From the NCBI GenBank assembly GCA_902776835.1, contig CACYRK010000027.1, positions 12,782 through 76,781 on the forward strand: a DNA stretch of 64,000 nucleotides, given 5' to 3'. This stretch comes from an uncultured Bacteroidales bacterium (GTDB lineage: Bacteria > Bacteroidota > Bacteroidia > Bacteroidales > Muribaculaceae). Position numbers and translations under genes: made by a program. Every line of letters begins with the position of its first letter. Position 1 is the first letter of the stretch. Below the pieces are notes generated by a model. That model did not search any database. It was not told the origin of the DNA and saw nothing but the letters and a program-made list of their open reading frames with translations. Below, in pieces: positions 53,258 through 62,601 of this stretch.

Positions 53258-54517
53258 ATGAAAGCATTAATGTTTGGGTGGGAGTTCCCCCCTCACATCC
53301 TGGGCGGACTGGGTACCGCGAGTTTCGGCCTGACGAAAGGAATGGCCGAGTGTGGCGACATTGACATCACCTTTGTCATTCCTAAGCCCTGGGGCGACGA
53401 GCCTAAGGACTTCGCCAAGATTATCGGCGCAAACAACACGCCTGTGGCCTGGCGCGATGTCAATTGGGACTATGTGGACGCACGCATTGGCAAGGTGATG
53501 GACCCAAAACTCTATTTTGAGTTGCGTGACCACATCTATGCCGACTTTAACCACATGAATACCAACGACCTGGGATGCATCGAGTTCTCAGGGCGATATC
53601 CCGAAAATCTGCTCGAGGAAATCAATAACTACTCGATTGTGGCTGGCGTGATAGCGCGCACCGTTCCATGCGATGTCATCCACTCGCACGACTGGCTCAC
53701 CTATCCGGCAGGCATTCACGCCAAGCAGGTCACCGGCAAGCCGCTGGTGATTCACGTGCATGCCACCGACTTCGACCGCAGCCGCGGTAACGTTAACCCG
53801 ACGGTGTTCAGCATCGAGAAGGACGGTATGAACAATGCCGACCACATCATCACCGTGAGCAACCTCACGCGCCGCACCGTAATTGAGAAATACGGTATCA
53901 ACCCCGACAAGGTCACCACGGTGCACAACGCCGTGGAGCCGCTCAGCGACGAGTTGCTCAACGTCGAGGTACCGCCAAAGCACGACAAGGTGGTAACCTT
54001 CCTGGGCCGAATCACCATGCAGAAGGGTCCCGAGTACTTTGTTGAGGCCGCAGCGCAGGTGCTCAAGAAGGTGCACGACGTGCAATTTGTCATGGCTGGC
54101 GGCGGCGACATGATGGAGAAGATGATTCGCCTGGCGGCACGACGCAACATCAGCGACCGCTTCCACTTTGCCGGCTTCCTGCGCGGCAAGGAGGTGTACG
54201 AGATGCTCAAGGCCAGCGACGTGTACATCATGCCGTCGGTGAGCGAGCCTTTCGGCATCTCGCCTCTTGAGGCCATGCAGATGGGCGTCCCGTCGATTAT
54301 CAGCAAGCAGAGTGGTTGCGCTGAGATTCTCGACAACGTCATCAAGGTCGACTACTGGGACACCAACGCCATTGCCGACGCCATCTATTCCATCATCACT
54401 TATCCGGCGATGTACAACCAGTTGCGCAACAACGGCCTCGACGAGGTCGACCAGATTCGCTGGAACAAGGCCGGAGCAAAAGTGATCGACATTTACCGCA
54501 ATCTCATCAATCGATAA
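53258..54517 (+). CDS. GT4-family glycosyltransferase (glycogen synthase-like)
   Basis: GGLGTA N-terminal motif; C-terminal EPFGISPLEAM (E-x7-E region). Confidence 0.82.
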   Translation: MKALMFGWEFPPHILGGLGTASFGLTKGMAECGDIDITFVIPKPWGDEPKDFAKIIGANNTPVAWRDVNWDYVDARIGKVMDPKLYFELRDHIYADFNHMNTNDLGCIEFSGRYPENLLEEINNYSIVAGVIARTVPCDVIHSHDWLTYPAGIHAKQVTGKPLVIHVHATDFDRSRGNVNPTVFSIEKDGMNNADHIITVSNLTRRTVIEKYGINPDKVTTVHNAVEPLSDELLNVEVPPKHDKVVTFLGRITMQKGPEYFVEAAAQVLKKVHDVQFVMAGGGDMMEKMIRLAARRNISDRFHFAGFLRGKEVYEMLKASDVYIMPSVSEPFGISPLEAMQMGVPSIISKQSGCAEILDNVIKVDYWDTNAIADAIYSIITYPAMYNQLRNNGLDEVDQIRWNKAGAKVIDIYRNLINR

Positions 54518-54541
54518 CACTTAAACACACACAATACACCT

Positions 54542-55978
54542 ATGAAAGCAATTTGTTTCTATTTCCAGATACATCAGCCCTTCAGGCTGAAGAATTACCG
54601 CTTCTTCGACATCGGTAACACTCACTATTACTACGACGACTTTGCCAACGACGAGATTATCACACGCATCGCACAGCGCAGTTATCTGCCTGCCAACCAA
54701 ATGCTGCTGGATATCATTCGCGAATACGGCAAGAAATTCAAGGTGGCGTTCTCGATTAGTGGCACGGCTATCGAGCAAATCGAGCAATATGTGCCCGAGT
54801 TTATCGATTCGATGAAGGAACTGGCGGCAACGGGCTGCGTGGAGTTCCTCAGCGAGACCTATGCTCACTCGCTGGCATCACTCGAAGATCCCGAGGAGTT
54901 TGCAGCGCAGGTCAAGGCACACGACGACAAGATTTACCAACTCTTCGGACAGCGCCCCAAGGTGTTCCGAAACACCGAGTTGATCTACGACGACGACATT
55001 GCATCGATGGTGCAAGCCTTGGGCTTTAAGGGCATTATCACTGCCGACGCAAAGCATGTGCTGGGCTGGAAATCACCGAATTATCTCTATAAGGCCGCTT
55101 CGGCTCCCAAACTGAGGATGCTGCTCAAGAACTCCAAACTCAGCGACGACATCTCGTTCCGCTTCAGCAACCCCGACTGGGCGTCTTATCCGCTTACGGC
55201 CGACAAGTACATCGACTGGATTGCGTCGACGCCGCAAGAGGAACAACTCATTAACCTCTTTATGAACTATGAGACCTTTGGCGAACTGCAACCGCGCGAG
55301 AGTGGCATCTTCGAGTTTATGAAGGCACTCCCACGCTTCGCCGCCGAGCGCGATGTGCAGTTTATGACCCCCAGCGAGGTCATCTCGAAACTCAAGCCGG
55401 TCGACGCCCTCGCTGTGCCGTATCCCATGTCGTGGAGCGACGAGGCACGCGACACCAGCGCTTGGCTGGGCAACACGCTGCAGCAAGAGGCTGTGAAGAA
55501 ACTTTACAGCATCGCTGAGCGCGTGCGCCTGTGCAGCGACAGCCGCATCAAGCAAGACTGGAACTACCTGCAGGCCAGCGACCACTTCTTCTACATGAGC
55601 ACCAAGCACAGTAGCGACGGCAGCGTGCATTCGCACTACAGCCCCTACGACTCGCCCTACACCGCGTTCACCAACTATATGAACGTGTTCAGCGATTTCT
55701 CTACGCGTGTCGAGGCACAGTTCCCGGCCGACATCGACAATGAGGAACTTAACGCGCTGCTGCTCACCATCAAGAATCAGGAGATGGAAATCGAGCAACT
55801 CAATCGCGAGGTGGAGATGATGCGCAACAACATTGCCAAGGACCTCACCGGCGACTTCGCCCCCGACGAAGAGCCACAAGAGGCCTCCAAACCCGTAAAG
55901 CCCAAGAAGGAGGCCAAGCCAAAAAAATCGGCAGCAAAAGCCACCAAAAAGCCGGCAAAAAAAACCGCTAAAAAGTAG
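54542..55978 (+). CDS. Glycoside hydrolase family 57 (alpha-amylase-like) with lysine-rich tail
   Basis: FYFQIHQPFR start typical of GH57; the tail is KPVKPKKEAKPKKSAAKATKKPAKKTAKK. Confidence 0.82.
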   Translation: MKAICFYFQIHQPFRLKNYRFFDIGNTHYYYDDFANDEIITRIAQRSYLPANQMLLDIIREYGKKFKVAFSISGTAIEQIEQYVPEFIDSMKELAATGCVEFLSETYAHSLASLEDPEEFAAQVKAHDDKIYQLFGQRPKVFRNTELIYDDDIASMVQALGFKGIITADAKHVLGWKSPNYLYKAASAPKLRMLLKNSKLSDDISFRFSNPDWASYPLTADKYIDWIASTPQEEQLINLFMNYETFGELQPRESGIFEFMKALPRFAAERDVQFMTPSEVISKLKPVDALAVPYPMSWSDEARDTSAWLGNTLQQEAVKKLYSIAERVRLCSDSRIKQDWNYLQASDHFFYMSTKHSSDGSVHSHYSPYDSPYTAFTNYMNVFSDFSTRVEAQFPADIDNEELNALLLTIKNQEMEIEQLNREVEMMRNNIAKDLTGDFAPDEEPQEASKPVKPKKEAKPKKSAAKATKKPAKKTAKK

Positions 55979-56020
55979 TGATAAACAGTTTCCCTAAGGC
56001 GAAACATAAGATATTGTGCT

Positions 56021-56983
56021 ATGAAGAAGTTCTTTTTAAATCTCGCAATCGCACTTTTGCCATTGGCGAGTGTAGCGCAGACACAGGGCGTGTACGGCGA
56101 TGTGAACGGCGATGGCGTGGTCGACGGCAACGACCTTAACGATGTTATTAACATCGTTCTTGGCAAGTTGGTGCCCGCATCGACGCCGACGCATCTCGTG
56201 AACGGCGATGTGAACGGCGACGGTGTGGTCGACGGCATCGACATTAACGAATTAATCAACATCATCCTGGACAAGACGGAGCCTTCATCGACGCAGACGT
56301 TTACCGTGAACGGCGTGTCGTTCACCATGGTGGATGTAGAGGGCGGCTCGTTCACTATGGGTGCCACGCCCGAGCAGGGCAGCGACGCAGAAATCAATGA
56401 GAGCCCGGCACACCAGGTGACGCTGAGCAGTTTCAGCATCGGTCAGACCGAAGTCACGCAGGAACTGTGGCTGACGGTGATGGGCAGCAACCCAAGTTGG
56501 TTCAAGGACGACATTCAGCGGCCGGTGGAGTTTGTGAACTGGGACGAATGCCAAGAGTTTATCACCAAGTTGAATGAGATTACAGGCAAGTCCTTCCGCC
56601 TGCCCACCGAGGCCGAGTGGGAGTACGCGGCTCGCGGTGGCAACAAGAGCCAGGGCTTCAAGTACTCTGGCAGCAATAATATCGACGAGGTGGCATGGTA
56701 CAGCGAAAACAGCGGGTCAAAGACTCATGCCGTGGGCATCAAGGCACCTAACGAACTTGGCCTGTACGACATGAGCGGCAATGTGTATGAGTGGTGCCAG
56801 GATTGGTACGGCGACTATAGTGCTGATGCACAGACCAATCCCACTGGTGCTGCCTCGGGCAATTACCGCGTGGGTCGTAGCGGCAGTTGGGGTAGCGGCA
56901 CCGGGTATTGCCGTGTGTCGGCACGGTCTGACCTCGCACCTACGGGCGCGAGCGCTCGCGTCGGTTTACGCCTCGCCCTTTAA
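56021..56983 (+). CDS. Secreted formylglycine-generating-enzyme (FGE/SUMF1) domain protein with two N-terminal dockerin-like repeats
   Basis: Signal peptide; GDVNGDGVVDGNDLNDVINIVLG and GDVNGDGVVDGIDINELINIIL; then the FGE-sulfatase fold (RLPTEAEWEYAARGG, GNVYEWCQDWY, GLRLAL). Confidence 0.82.
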   Translation: MKKFFLNLAIALLPLASVAQTQGVYGDVNGDGVVDGNDLNDVINIVLGKLVPASTPTHLVNGDVNGDGVVDGIDINELINIILDKTEPSSTQTFTVNGVSFTMVDVEGGSFTMGATPEQGSDAEINESPAHQVTLSSFSIGQTEVTQELWLTVMGSNPSWFKDDIQRPVEFVNWDECQEFITKLNEITGKSFRLPTEAEWEYAARGGNKSQGFKYSGSNNIDEVAWYSENSGSKTHAVGIKAPNELGLYDMSGNVYEWCQDWYGDYSADAQTNPTGAASGNYRVGRSGSWGSGTGYCRVSARSDLAPTGASARVGLRLAL

Positions 56984-57050
56984 GACCTCCCCCGGCCCCT
57001 CCTGAAGGAGGGGGGCGCATCTTCCCTCAAGGGCAGCATGCATCAAAATC

Positions 57051-57085
57051 ACAGGGACGCGCCACAGCGCGTCCCTGTATCTTTA
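57051..57085. terminator. Bidirectional hairpin between the convergent FGE-1 and pepC genes
   Basis: acagggacgcg ... cgcgtccctgt (11 bp), with T-rich sequence on both exits. Confidence 0.65.
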
Positions 57086-57130
57086 GAAGACAAAGCCTCT
57101 TCAGTTTCTAAAGCGGTGGTCCGGAATCGT

Positions 57131-58540
57131 TCAGTCGTCGGTGCCGAAGAGGGGGTCTTCGGGCATGATCATCACTGGCTTGGTTGCGGCTGCCTTGAGA
57201 ATATTCTGAGGCACGTATTTCTTGTCAACTACCAGACGGAAGGAGTACTCGTTGAACCACTCGTTGGTCATGATGATGTATCCCTTGTGCCCGCTGTCGT
57301 CGCCCCACGAGTTTTCCACTTTCCACTTGATGGGCTTGCCGTTGTCGTCGAGATCAACGGCGCAGATTGTCATCGCGTGCGTCGAGCCGCTGTCGAAGGT
57401 GGCGATGCGCTGAGCCTTGTCCATGGGGAAGGTGGTGCCAAAGAGTGTCGCGTAGTCGTAGTTGTCGAGAGCAAGGTATCCGCTGGCGCGGTTCAGTTGT
57501 TTGCCCACGTCGAAACTTGCATAGAGTTTGGTGGAGTCTTTCAGCGAGGCGATGGCCATGGCTGCGATGTCCTCCATGGGCAGGTTCACGTAACTCCAGT
57601 TATGACCGTCATAGGTGTGGCGGTCATATTCCACCTCGTAGGTTTTGTAGTACTCGCGGCGTGGGTCGTTCATCGCCATGATGAACGTGCCGTTGATGGG
57701 TCCTCCCACAGTCTCGCGATAGAACTCCAGTGGGGTATAGGTACGCGCCGGGCCGATGGCCTTGCCGTTCTTATCGCGGAAGGTGTAAGAGAACGATTTA
57801 ATGGGCTCTCCCAGAGTGAGCGCCAACATCGAGTAAATCGTGCCGAGCATCTCGGTCTTGCGCTGGTTAATGGCTTTATTGCTCTTCTTGTCGGCGACCA
57901 TCTGTCGCAGTTCCAACCCATACTCGCGCAGTTTCGATGCCAGCAGTTGGCTCATGCGCGAGGTGCGTTCAGCCGAGAATGTCTCGGGTTGAGCCTCCAC
58001 GGGCACCAGGCCATATTTCTCGGCGAGGTCGGCCACGCCGCAGAAGGTGCCGCCGTCGTTGATGGGGTGGTGGAAGAAGAACTGCACGCGCGTGTCGTCG
58101 ATGGGCTTGTCGGCGCAGTCGATCACACCTTGCAGCATGAGGTTCGCCTTCTCCAACTGGTCGTAGAAGAAGAGATAGTCGTGAGAGAATTCCACAGTTA
58201 TTGAGTCGCCGTGACGGTGCGCAAAGTTGGCGCGAAGCACGTTGAAACTCGAGTACATCCAGCATCGTCCGCTCTGGCGTTGGTTGTGGATCGACTGTTT
58301 GGGTGTCTCGATGCTGAAGTGCGTGTCGGGCACTTTGGCGTTGCGGTAATTCTTGGCGAGGTCGTCGATGGCGTTGGCTGCCATGGCGTTGCTCACAGCC
58401 TTGTTTTGATTGCTTGCCGAGGCGGCGATGATTTGGCTCATCATGCCGGAGGTAATACCTCCCTGAGCGCGATCTTGTGCCGAGGCGGAGAATGCTGAAA
58501 CGAGGCCTATTGCCAAGGCAAGTGAGATGATTTTCTTCAT
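57131..58540 (-). CDS. pepC: C1-family cysteine aminopeptidase (PepC/bleomycin hydrolase type) with signal peptide
   Basis: QRQSGRCWMYS (Cys), THAMTICAV (His), ENSWG. Start at ATG 58540 (MKKIISLALAIGLVSAFSASA). Confidence 0.88.
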   Translation of the reverse strand: MKKIISLALAIGLVSAFSASAQDRAQGGITSGMMSQIIAASASNQNKAVSNAMAANAIDDLAKNYRNAKVPDTHFSIETPKQSIHNQRQSGRCWMYSSFNVLRANFAHRHGDSITVEFSHDYLFFYDQLEKANLMLQGVIDCADKPIDDTRVQFFFHHPINDGGTFCGVADLAEKYGLVPVEAQPETFSAERTSRMSQLLASKLREYGLELRQMVADKKSNKAINQRKTEMLGTIYSMLALTLGEPIKSFSYTFRDKNGKAIGPARTYTPLEFYRETVGGPINGTFIMAMNDPRREYYKTYEVEYDRHTYDGHNWSYVNLPMEDIAAMAIASLKDSTKLYASFDVGKQLNRASGYLALDNYDYATLFGTTFPMDKAQRIATFDSGSTHAMTICAVDLDDNGKPIKWKVENSWGDDSGHKGYIIMTNEWFNEYSFRLVVDKKYVPQNILKAAATKPVMIMPEDPLFGTDD

Positions 58541-58610
58541 AAAAAAGTGAAATGGTTTGGCGCGCGGCACGAAGTCCTCGCGCAAGTTTATTTAATGGTT
58601 TCTTTGACCG

Positions 58611-58618
58611 CAAATTTA
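58611..58618 (-). promoter_or_regulatory. -7 promoter box (TAAATTTG) for pepC
   Basis: Exact TAnnTTTG on the minus strand (context tttttttgtaaatttg), 70 nt upstream of ATG 58540. Confidence 0.5.
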
Positions 58619-58671
58619 CAAAAAAATCCTGAAACACCAAGTGCCACGATAGAGATGGCGCAATAATTTAC

Positions 58672-58751
58672 CCCAAATCGGTCATTAGAACGGAGTTATG
58701 GTATTTTTAATCCTAATTATACCATAACTCCGTTCTAATGACCGATTTGGG
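58672..58751. mobile_element. MITE-like element, short copy: perfect 33-bp-arm palindrome with 14-nt loop
   Basis: 58672..58704 (cccaaatcggtcattagaacggagttatggtat) is the exact reverse complement of 58719..58751. It is flanked by TTTAC on both sides (58667..58671, 58752..58756). Confidence 0.6.
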
Positions 58752-58752
58752 T

Positions 58753-60168
58753 TTACTGGAACAGGTCGTCCAGGGTTATCTCATTGTTCACTACGCTTGA
58801 GTGGGCGTTATGGTTGAGGCCGTATGTGGTGATGAATGTTAGTTGTACAGATTTGTTTTTGCTTGCACGCTCGATAAATGTCGCTAATTTATTGCGCAGG
58901 TTCATCTCATAATCTTTGTCGATAGAGTAGGGGTTGATGCTGAACTTAACCTCACAAATGTTTACTGTGTTGTCGGCACGGTCGATGACCAGGTCGATTT
59001 GCGCACCACCTCGCTCATCAGCCCAGCGCCAAGTATATTCTTGGGTGCTTACTCCCCCAATTTTCAGAACATCCTTAATCTGCTTGCTGTGCAGCATCAC
59101 AAGCAACTCAAATGTGAGTCCGGCCCACGAGTAAAACTCGGCTTTGCCTTGCAGGTCGCTCCACTTGGCGGTCTTATGTTTTGTCAGAAAGTTAAAATAA
59201 AATAAGGTGAAGAAATCAACCAATTGATATACTGTACTTTCGTTTCGAGATGGCTTGAATTGGCGATATTGGCGTATAAAGCCGCAACTTTCCAAATTGC
59301 GCAATGCTGTCGTCAATCCATTCCCTGATTCCAATTTTGTGCTCTCGATTATTTCGGCGCGTGTCATGCCTGCACGACGTGCACTCAATGCAGAAACCAA
59401 CTTGACATAAAGTTCTGAGTTCTTAAATAATGCACGATATAGATTGGGAAACTCGTTGGTAAGCAAGCCGTTTGGCCTAAATAGCAATTCATCAATGTTC
59501 TGCGACAGACTCAATTTGCTGTCAAGCATCTCAAGATAAAATGGTATACCTCCCATAATCATGTAGTACTCGGCAATCTCGTAGCGCGATAGCCGGTGAC
59601 CTCTCGACTTCAAAAACTCCTCGCATTCCCGCAGGGTGAACGGTTCGAGAAATATGGTGTAAGTGAGACGATTATACAAGCCACCATAATTGTTGATAAG
59701 TTTATCCATCATCCATGATGTTGCTGATCCACACACCATAAGCACTATGTCGTGGCGTGCCGACGCCCAGGAGTTCCAGAAGTGTTCTAATGCTGAAATA
59801 AAGTGAGAGCGTGGCGTGTCCATCCATGGCAACTCATCGAGTAAAATCACTTTGCGCTCTTGGCTGTTTTGCTTTATAAGTGTGCGCAGTAGCATGAAAG
59901 TTTCAAGCCAGTCTTTGGGCACTTGTTCTTGAGGTGGCAGGCCTTGCTCAATCATGTCGGCATAAAACGACTTGATTTGGTTGGCCATGTTTCCATTTGC
60001 CAAACCTGATGTTTGGAAGACTATCTTACCTTCAAAGTATTCCCTCACAAGAAACGTTTTCCCTACGCGTCGTCGCCCACATACTGCCACAAATTCGCTC
60101 TTGTCCGAGTCATATATGCGTCGCAGAGTGAGTTTCTCTTCTTTTCGTCCGATGATGTTTTCTTTCAT
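58753..60168 (-). CDS. ATP-binding protein, Arch_ATPase (AAA-like) + DUF234 type
   Basis: GRKEEKLTLRRIY...VAVCGRRRVGKTFL (Walker A), VILLDELPW (Walker B). The C-terminal half resembles DUF234. Strongly AT-rich relative to its neighbours. Confidence 0.8.
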   Translation of the reverse strand: MKENIIGRKEEKLTLRRIYDSDKSEFVAVCGRRRVGKTFLVREYFEGKIVFQTSGLANGNMANQIKSFYADMIEQGLPPQEQVPKDWLETFMLLRTLIKQNSQERKVILLDELPWMDTPRSHFISALEHFWNSWASARHDIVLMVCGSATSWMMDKLINNYGGLYNRLTYTIFLEPFTLRECEEFLKSRGHRLSRYEIAEYYMIMGGIPFYLEMLDSKLSLSQNIDELLFRPNGLLTNEFPNLYRALFKNSELYVKLVSALSARRAGMTRAEIIESTKLESGNGLTTALRNLESCGFIRQYRQFKPSRNESTVYQLVDFFTLFYFNFLTKHKTAKWSDLQGKAEFYSWAGLTFELLVMLHSKQIKDVLKIGGVSTQEYTWRWADERGGAQIDLVIDRADNTVNICEVKFSINPYSIDKDYEMNLRNKLATFIERASKNKSVQLTFITTYGLNHNAHSSVVNNEITLDDLFQ

Positions 60169-60180
60169 GATGCGCGATAT

Positions 60181-60339
60181 TTATAATTTGCCACAAAGGT
60201 ATAAAATTATTTTTATTTGGCAAAATATACGCTATAATTTGCCACGAAGGCTGATTTTTTGTTTATTTGGCAAAATATACGCTATAATTTGCCACGAGGG
60301 CCGATTTTTTGTTTGTTTGGCAAAATATACGCTGTGATT
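60181..60339. repeat. Tandem repeat, 50-bp unit, ~3.2 copies
   Basis: The unit atttggcaaaatatacgctataatttgccacgaRgRcYgattttttgttt occurs at 60215..60264 and 60265..60314, with partial units at 60181..60214 and 60315..60339. Each unit contains TTTGGCAAA-n14-TTTGCCA. Confidence 0.85.
60194..60201 (-). promoter_or_regulatory. -7 promoter box (TACCTTTG) for the ATPase gene
   Basis: Exact TAnnTTTG on the minus strand, 25 nt upstream of ATG 60168. Lies in the first (partial) unit of the tandem repeat; the equivalent positions in the other units are degenerate. Confidence 0.45.
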
Positions 60340-60404
60340 GTTGTGATTGGCGTGGGCTTGCGCGGGCTTGGCGGGGTTTTTTGTGGCTGTGTTGTATTTT
60401 TTTT

Positions 60405-60412
60405 GTAATTTT
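60405..60412 (+). promoter_or_regulatory. -7 promoter box (TAATTTTG) for the LPS-kinase/MATE operon
   Basis: Exact TAnnTTTG in ttttttttgtaattttg, 22 nt upstream of ATG 60435. Confidence 0.5.
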
Positions 60413-60434
60413 GTGGCCGAATTTAATTGCGATT

Positions 60435-61130
60435 ATGAAGGTAGTGAAAAAAATCAGCGAGGGGGTGCCTCAGGCGGTGGTCGATTATGTGGATAGGCTC
60501 ATCGCCGGAGCGCCATACGAGGGCACGGTGCTGAAGAAACTCCGCAACACGCTCACGCTCGTCAATGTGGATGGTACAAAACTTGTGGTAAAAAGTTTTG
60601 ACCACTTCTCGTTGCCCAACCGCTTTATCTACGCCTACTTTCGCAAGTCGAAGGCCGAGCGCAGTTTCCTGTATGCCCAGCGCCTGATTGACTTGGGGTT
60701 CGGCTCGCCACGCCCGCTGGCTTTCTTCGATGTGATCCAGCACGGCATGGTGCGCCGCAGTTGCTACCTTTCGGTCTACGACGGCCTCTCGAAGCCCGTT
60801 GTCAATTGGCACCGTCGCGATAATGCCCATGAGTATGCCAAGCACTTGGCGCAACTCACGCTCTCGCTGCACGAGGCCGGGGTGTTTCACCACGACTACA
60901 ATACCGACAACGTGCTCTGCGACGACAATTGGAACTTCAGTATGGTGGATTTGAACCGCATCCACTTTTGGAAAGGCGATGAGGATGAGCGTATTAGGGG
61001 CATAATACGCATTGCCGACAGCAACGATGGTGTCGCCGCTGTGGCGCGCGAGTATGCCACGTTGCGCGGCATGGACGATGTCGACGGTTTTGTTAACAAA
61101 GTAATGTCTCGTTGCCATAAATCGGAGTGA
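60435..61130 (+). CDS. Lipopolysaccharide (Kdo/WaaP/InaA-type) kinase family protein
   Basis: LVVKSF (Lys), FHHDYNTDNVL catalytic-loop-like motif, MVDLNR. Start at ATG 60435, after the promoter box. Confidence 0.65.
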   Translation: MKVVKKISEGVPQAVVDYVDRLIAGAPYEGTVLKKLRNTLTLVNVDGTKLVVKSFDHFSLPNRFIYAYFRKSKAERSFLYAQRLIDLGFGSPRPLAFFDVIQHGMVRRSCYLSVYDGLSKPVVNWHRRDNAHEYAKHLAQLTLSLHEAGVFHHDYNTDNVLCDDNWNFSMVDLNRIHFWKGDEDERIRGIIRIADSNDGVAAVAREYATLRGMDDVDGFVNKVMSRCHKSE

Positions 61131-62521
61131 TGGCATCATCGTCACACAAAAGCGACCAGTTGTTGGCGTTGATCAGGGAGAACAAACCCATGACCAAAGG
61201 CCAGATGCTCAACTTGATTTTCCAGTTGAGCATTCCTTCTATATTGGCGCAACTCACCAGCGTGTTGATGTTTTTCATCGACCAGGCCATGGTGGGCCGC
61301 ATCAGTGTGGAGGCTGCTGCCGCGTGTGGCTTGGTAGAGTCGTCGACGTGGTTCTTCGGCAACCTCACGGCTGCTGCGTCGATGGGTTTCTCGGTGCAGG
61401 TGGCACATCACATCGGTGCAGGCGACTTTGCAAAGGCCCGCCAGGTGTTCCGGCACGCGCTCCTTGTCACCACGCTGCTCAGCGGCGCCGTGGGGCTGAT
61501 GGGCTTGATTATTGCTCCGCACTTGCCGTTGTGGCTCGGCGGAGGGGCCGACATTGCCACCGATGCTTCGATCTACTTTGGCGTGTTCATGCTGGTGCTG
61601 CCATTCTTCCAACTCTCGAGCCTCTCGGCTTCAATGCTGAAGTGTGCCGGCAACATGCGCGTACCCAGCGCGATGAGCATAATCATGTGCGTGATGGACG
61701 TGGTGTTCAATTTCATTTTCATCTTCGTCTTTCATCTGGGTGTGCTCGGTGTTGCCATGGGCACTGGCCTGTCGATAGTCATCGGCAGTTTGATTCAGGG
61801 CTACATCGCCGTGTACCGCAGCCCAATCCTGAGTTTGCGCCGTGAGGGCGAGCGCTTTAAGTACAACAACATTTTTGTGCGCAAGGCTGGAAAGATTGGC
61901 GCACCCATGGCGTTGCAGTCGTTGCTGATGAGCGGCGCCTACATTGTGTGCACGGTCATCGTGGCACCATTGGGCAATATCGCCATTGCTGCCAACACCT
62001 TTGCCATCACCGCCGAGAGTGTGTGTTACATGCCGGGCTTCGGAATTGGCGAGGCGGCAACCACGCTCATCGGTCAAAGCATCGGCGCACGCCGTCGCGA
62101 ACTGTGCCGAGCCTTTGCCCAGCGCGCCGTGGCTCTGGGCATGGTGGTTATGGCTGTGATGGGCGCTGTGATGTATATCTTTGCCCCCGAAATGATGTCG
62201 TTGATGACTCCTAGTGCGCAAATTGTCGACCTCGGAGCCAGCATATTGCGCATCGAGGCTTGGGCCGAGCCCATGTATGCGGCAGCCATTGTGAGTTACA
62301 GCGTCTTTGTCGGCGCTGGCGACACCCTGCGTCCGGCCGGCATGAACCTGTTCAGCATGTGGGTGGTGCGCCTAACCCTCGCAGCATTGCTCGCTCCGCA
62401 CTACGGCTTGCGCGGCGTGTGGATTGCCATGGCCATCGAACTCTCATTCCGTGGAACCATCTTCCTGGCCCGCCTGCTGCGTGGACGCTGGATGCGCTTT
62501 CAGCCAGAGGCCTCTAATTAA
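61130..62521 (+). CDS. MATE-family efflux transporter
   Basis: 12-TM; N-terminal LIFQLSIPSILAQLTSVLMFFIDQAMVG pattern. The start overlaps the kinase stop (TGATG). Confidence 0.85.
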   Translation: MASSSHKSDQLLALIRENKPMTKGQMLNLIFQLSIPSILAQLTSVLMFFIDQAMVGRISVEAAAACGLVESSTWFFGNLTAAASMGFSVQVAHHIGAGDFAKARQVFRHALLVTTLLSGAVGLMGLIIAPHLPLWLGGGADIATDASIYFGVFMLVLPFFQLSSLSASMLKCAGNMRVPSAMSIIMCVMDVVFNFIFIFVFHLGVLGVAMGTGLSIVIGSLIQGYIAVYRSPILSLRREGERFKYNNIFVRKAGKIGAPMALQSLLMSGAYIVCTVIVAPLGNIAIAANTFAITAESVCYMPGFGIGEAATTLIGQSIGARRRELCRAFAQRAVALGMVVMAVMGAVMYIFAPEMMSLMTPSAQIVDLGASILRIEAWAEPMYAAAIVSYSVFVGAGDTLRPAGMNLFSMWVVRLTLAALLAPHYGLRGVWIAMAIELSFRGTIFLARLLRGRWMRFQPEASN

Positions 62522-62601
62522 TTAGTTTGTTTTTATTTTTCAAATTGCCTGATAATCTAATGAAGCCCTCCGAAAGGATTGAAATTGTCGATTTTTATTT
62601 G

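Noticed and set aside
60181-60339. Possible CRISPR array
   Set aside because: The whole 50-bp unit is repeated, including the would-be spacer. There are only ~3 units and no cas genes, so it is a simple tandem duplication.
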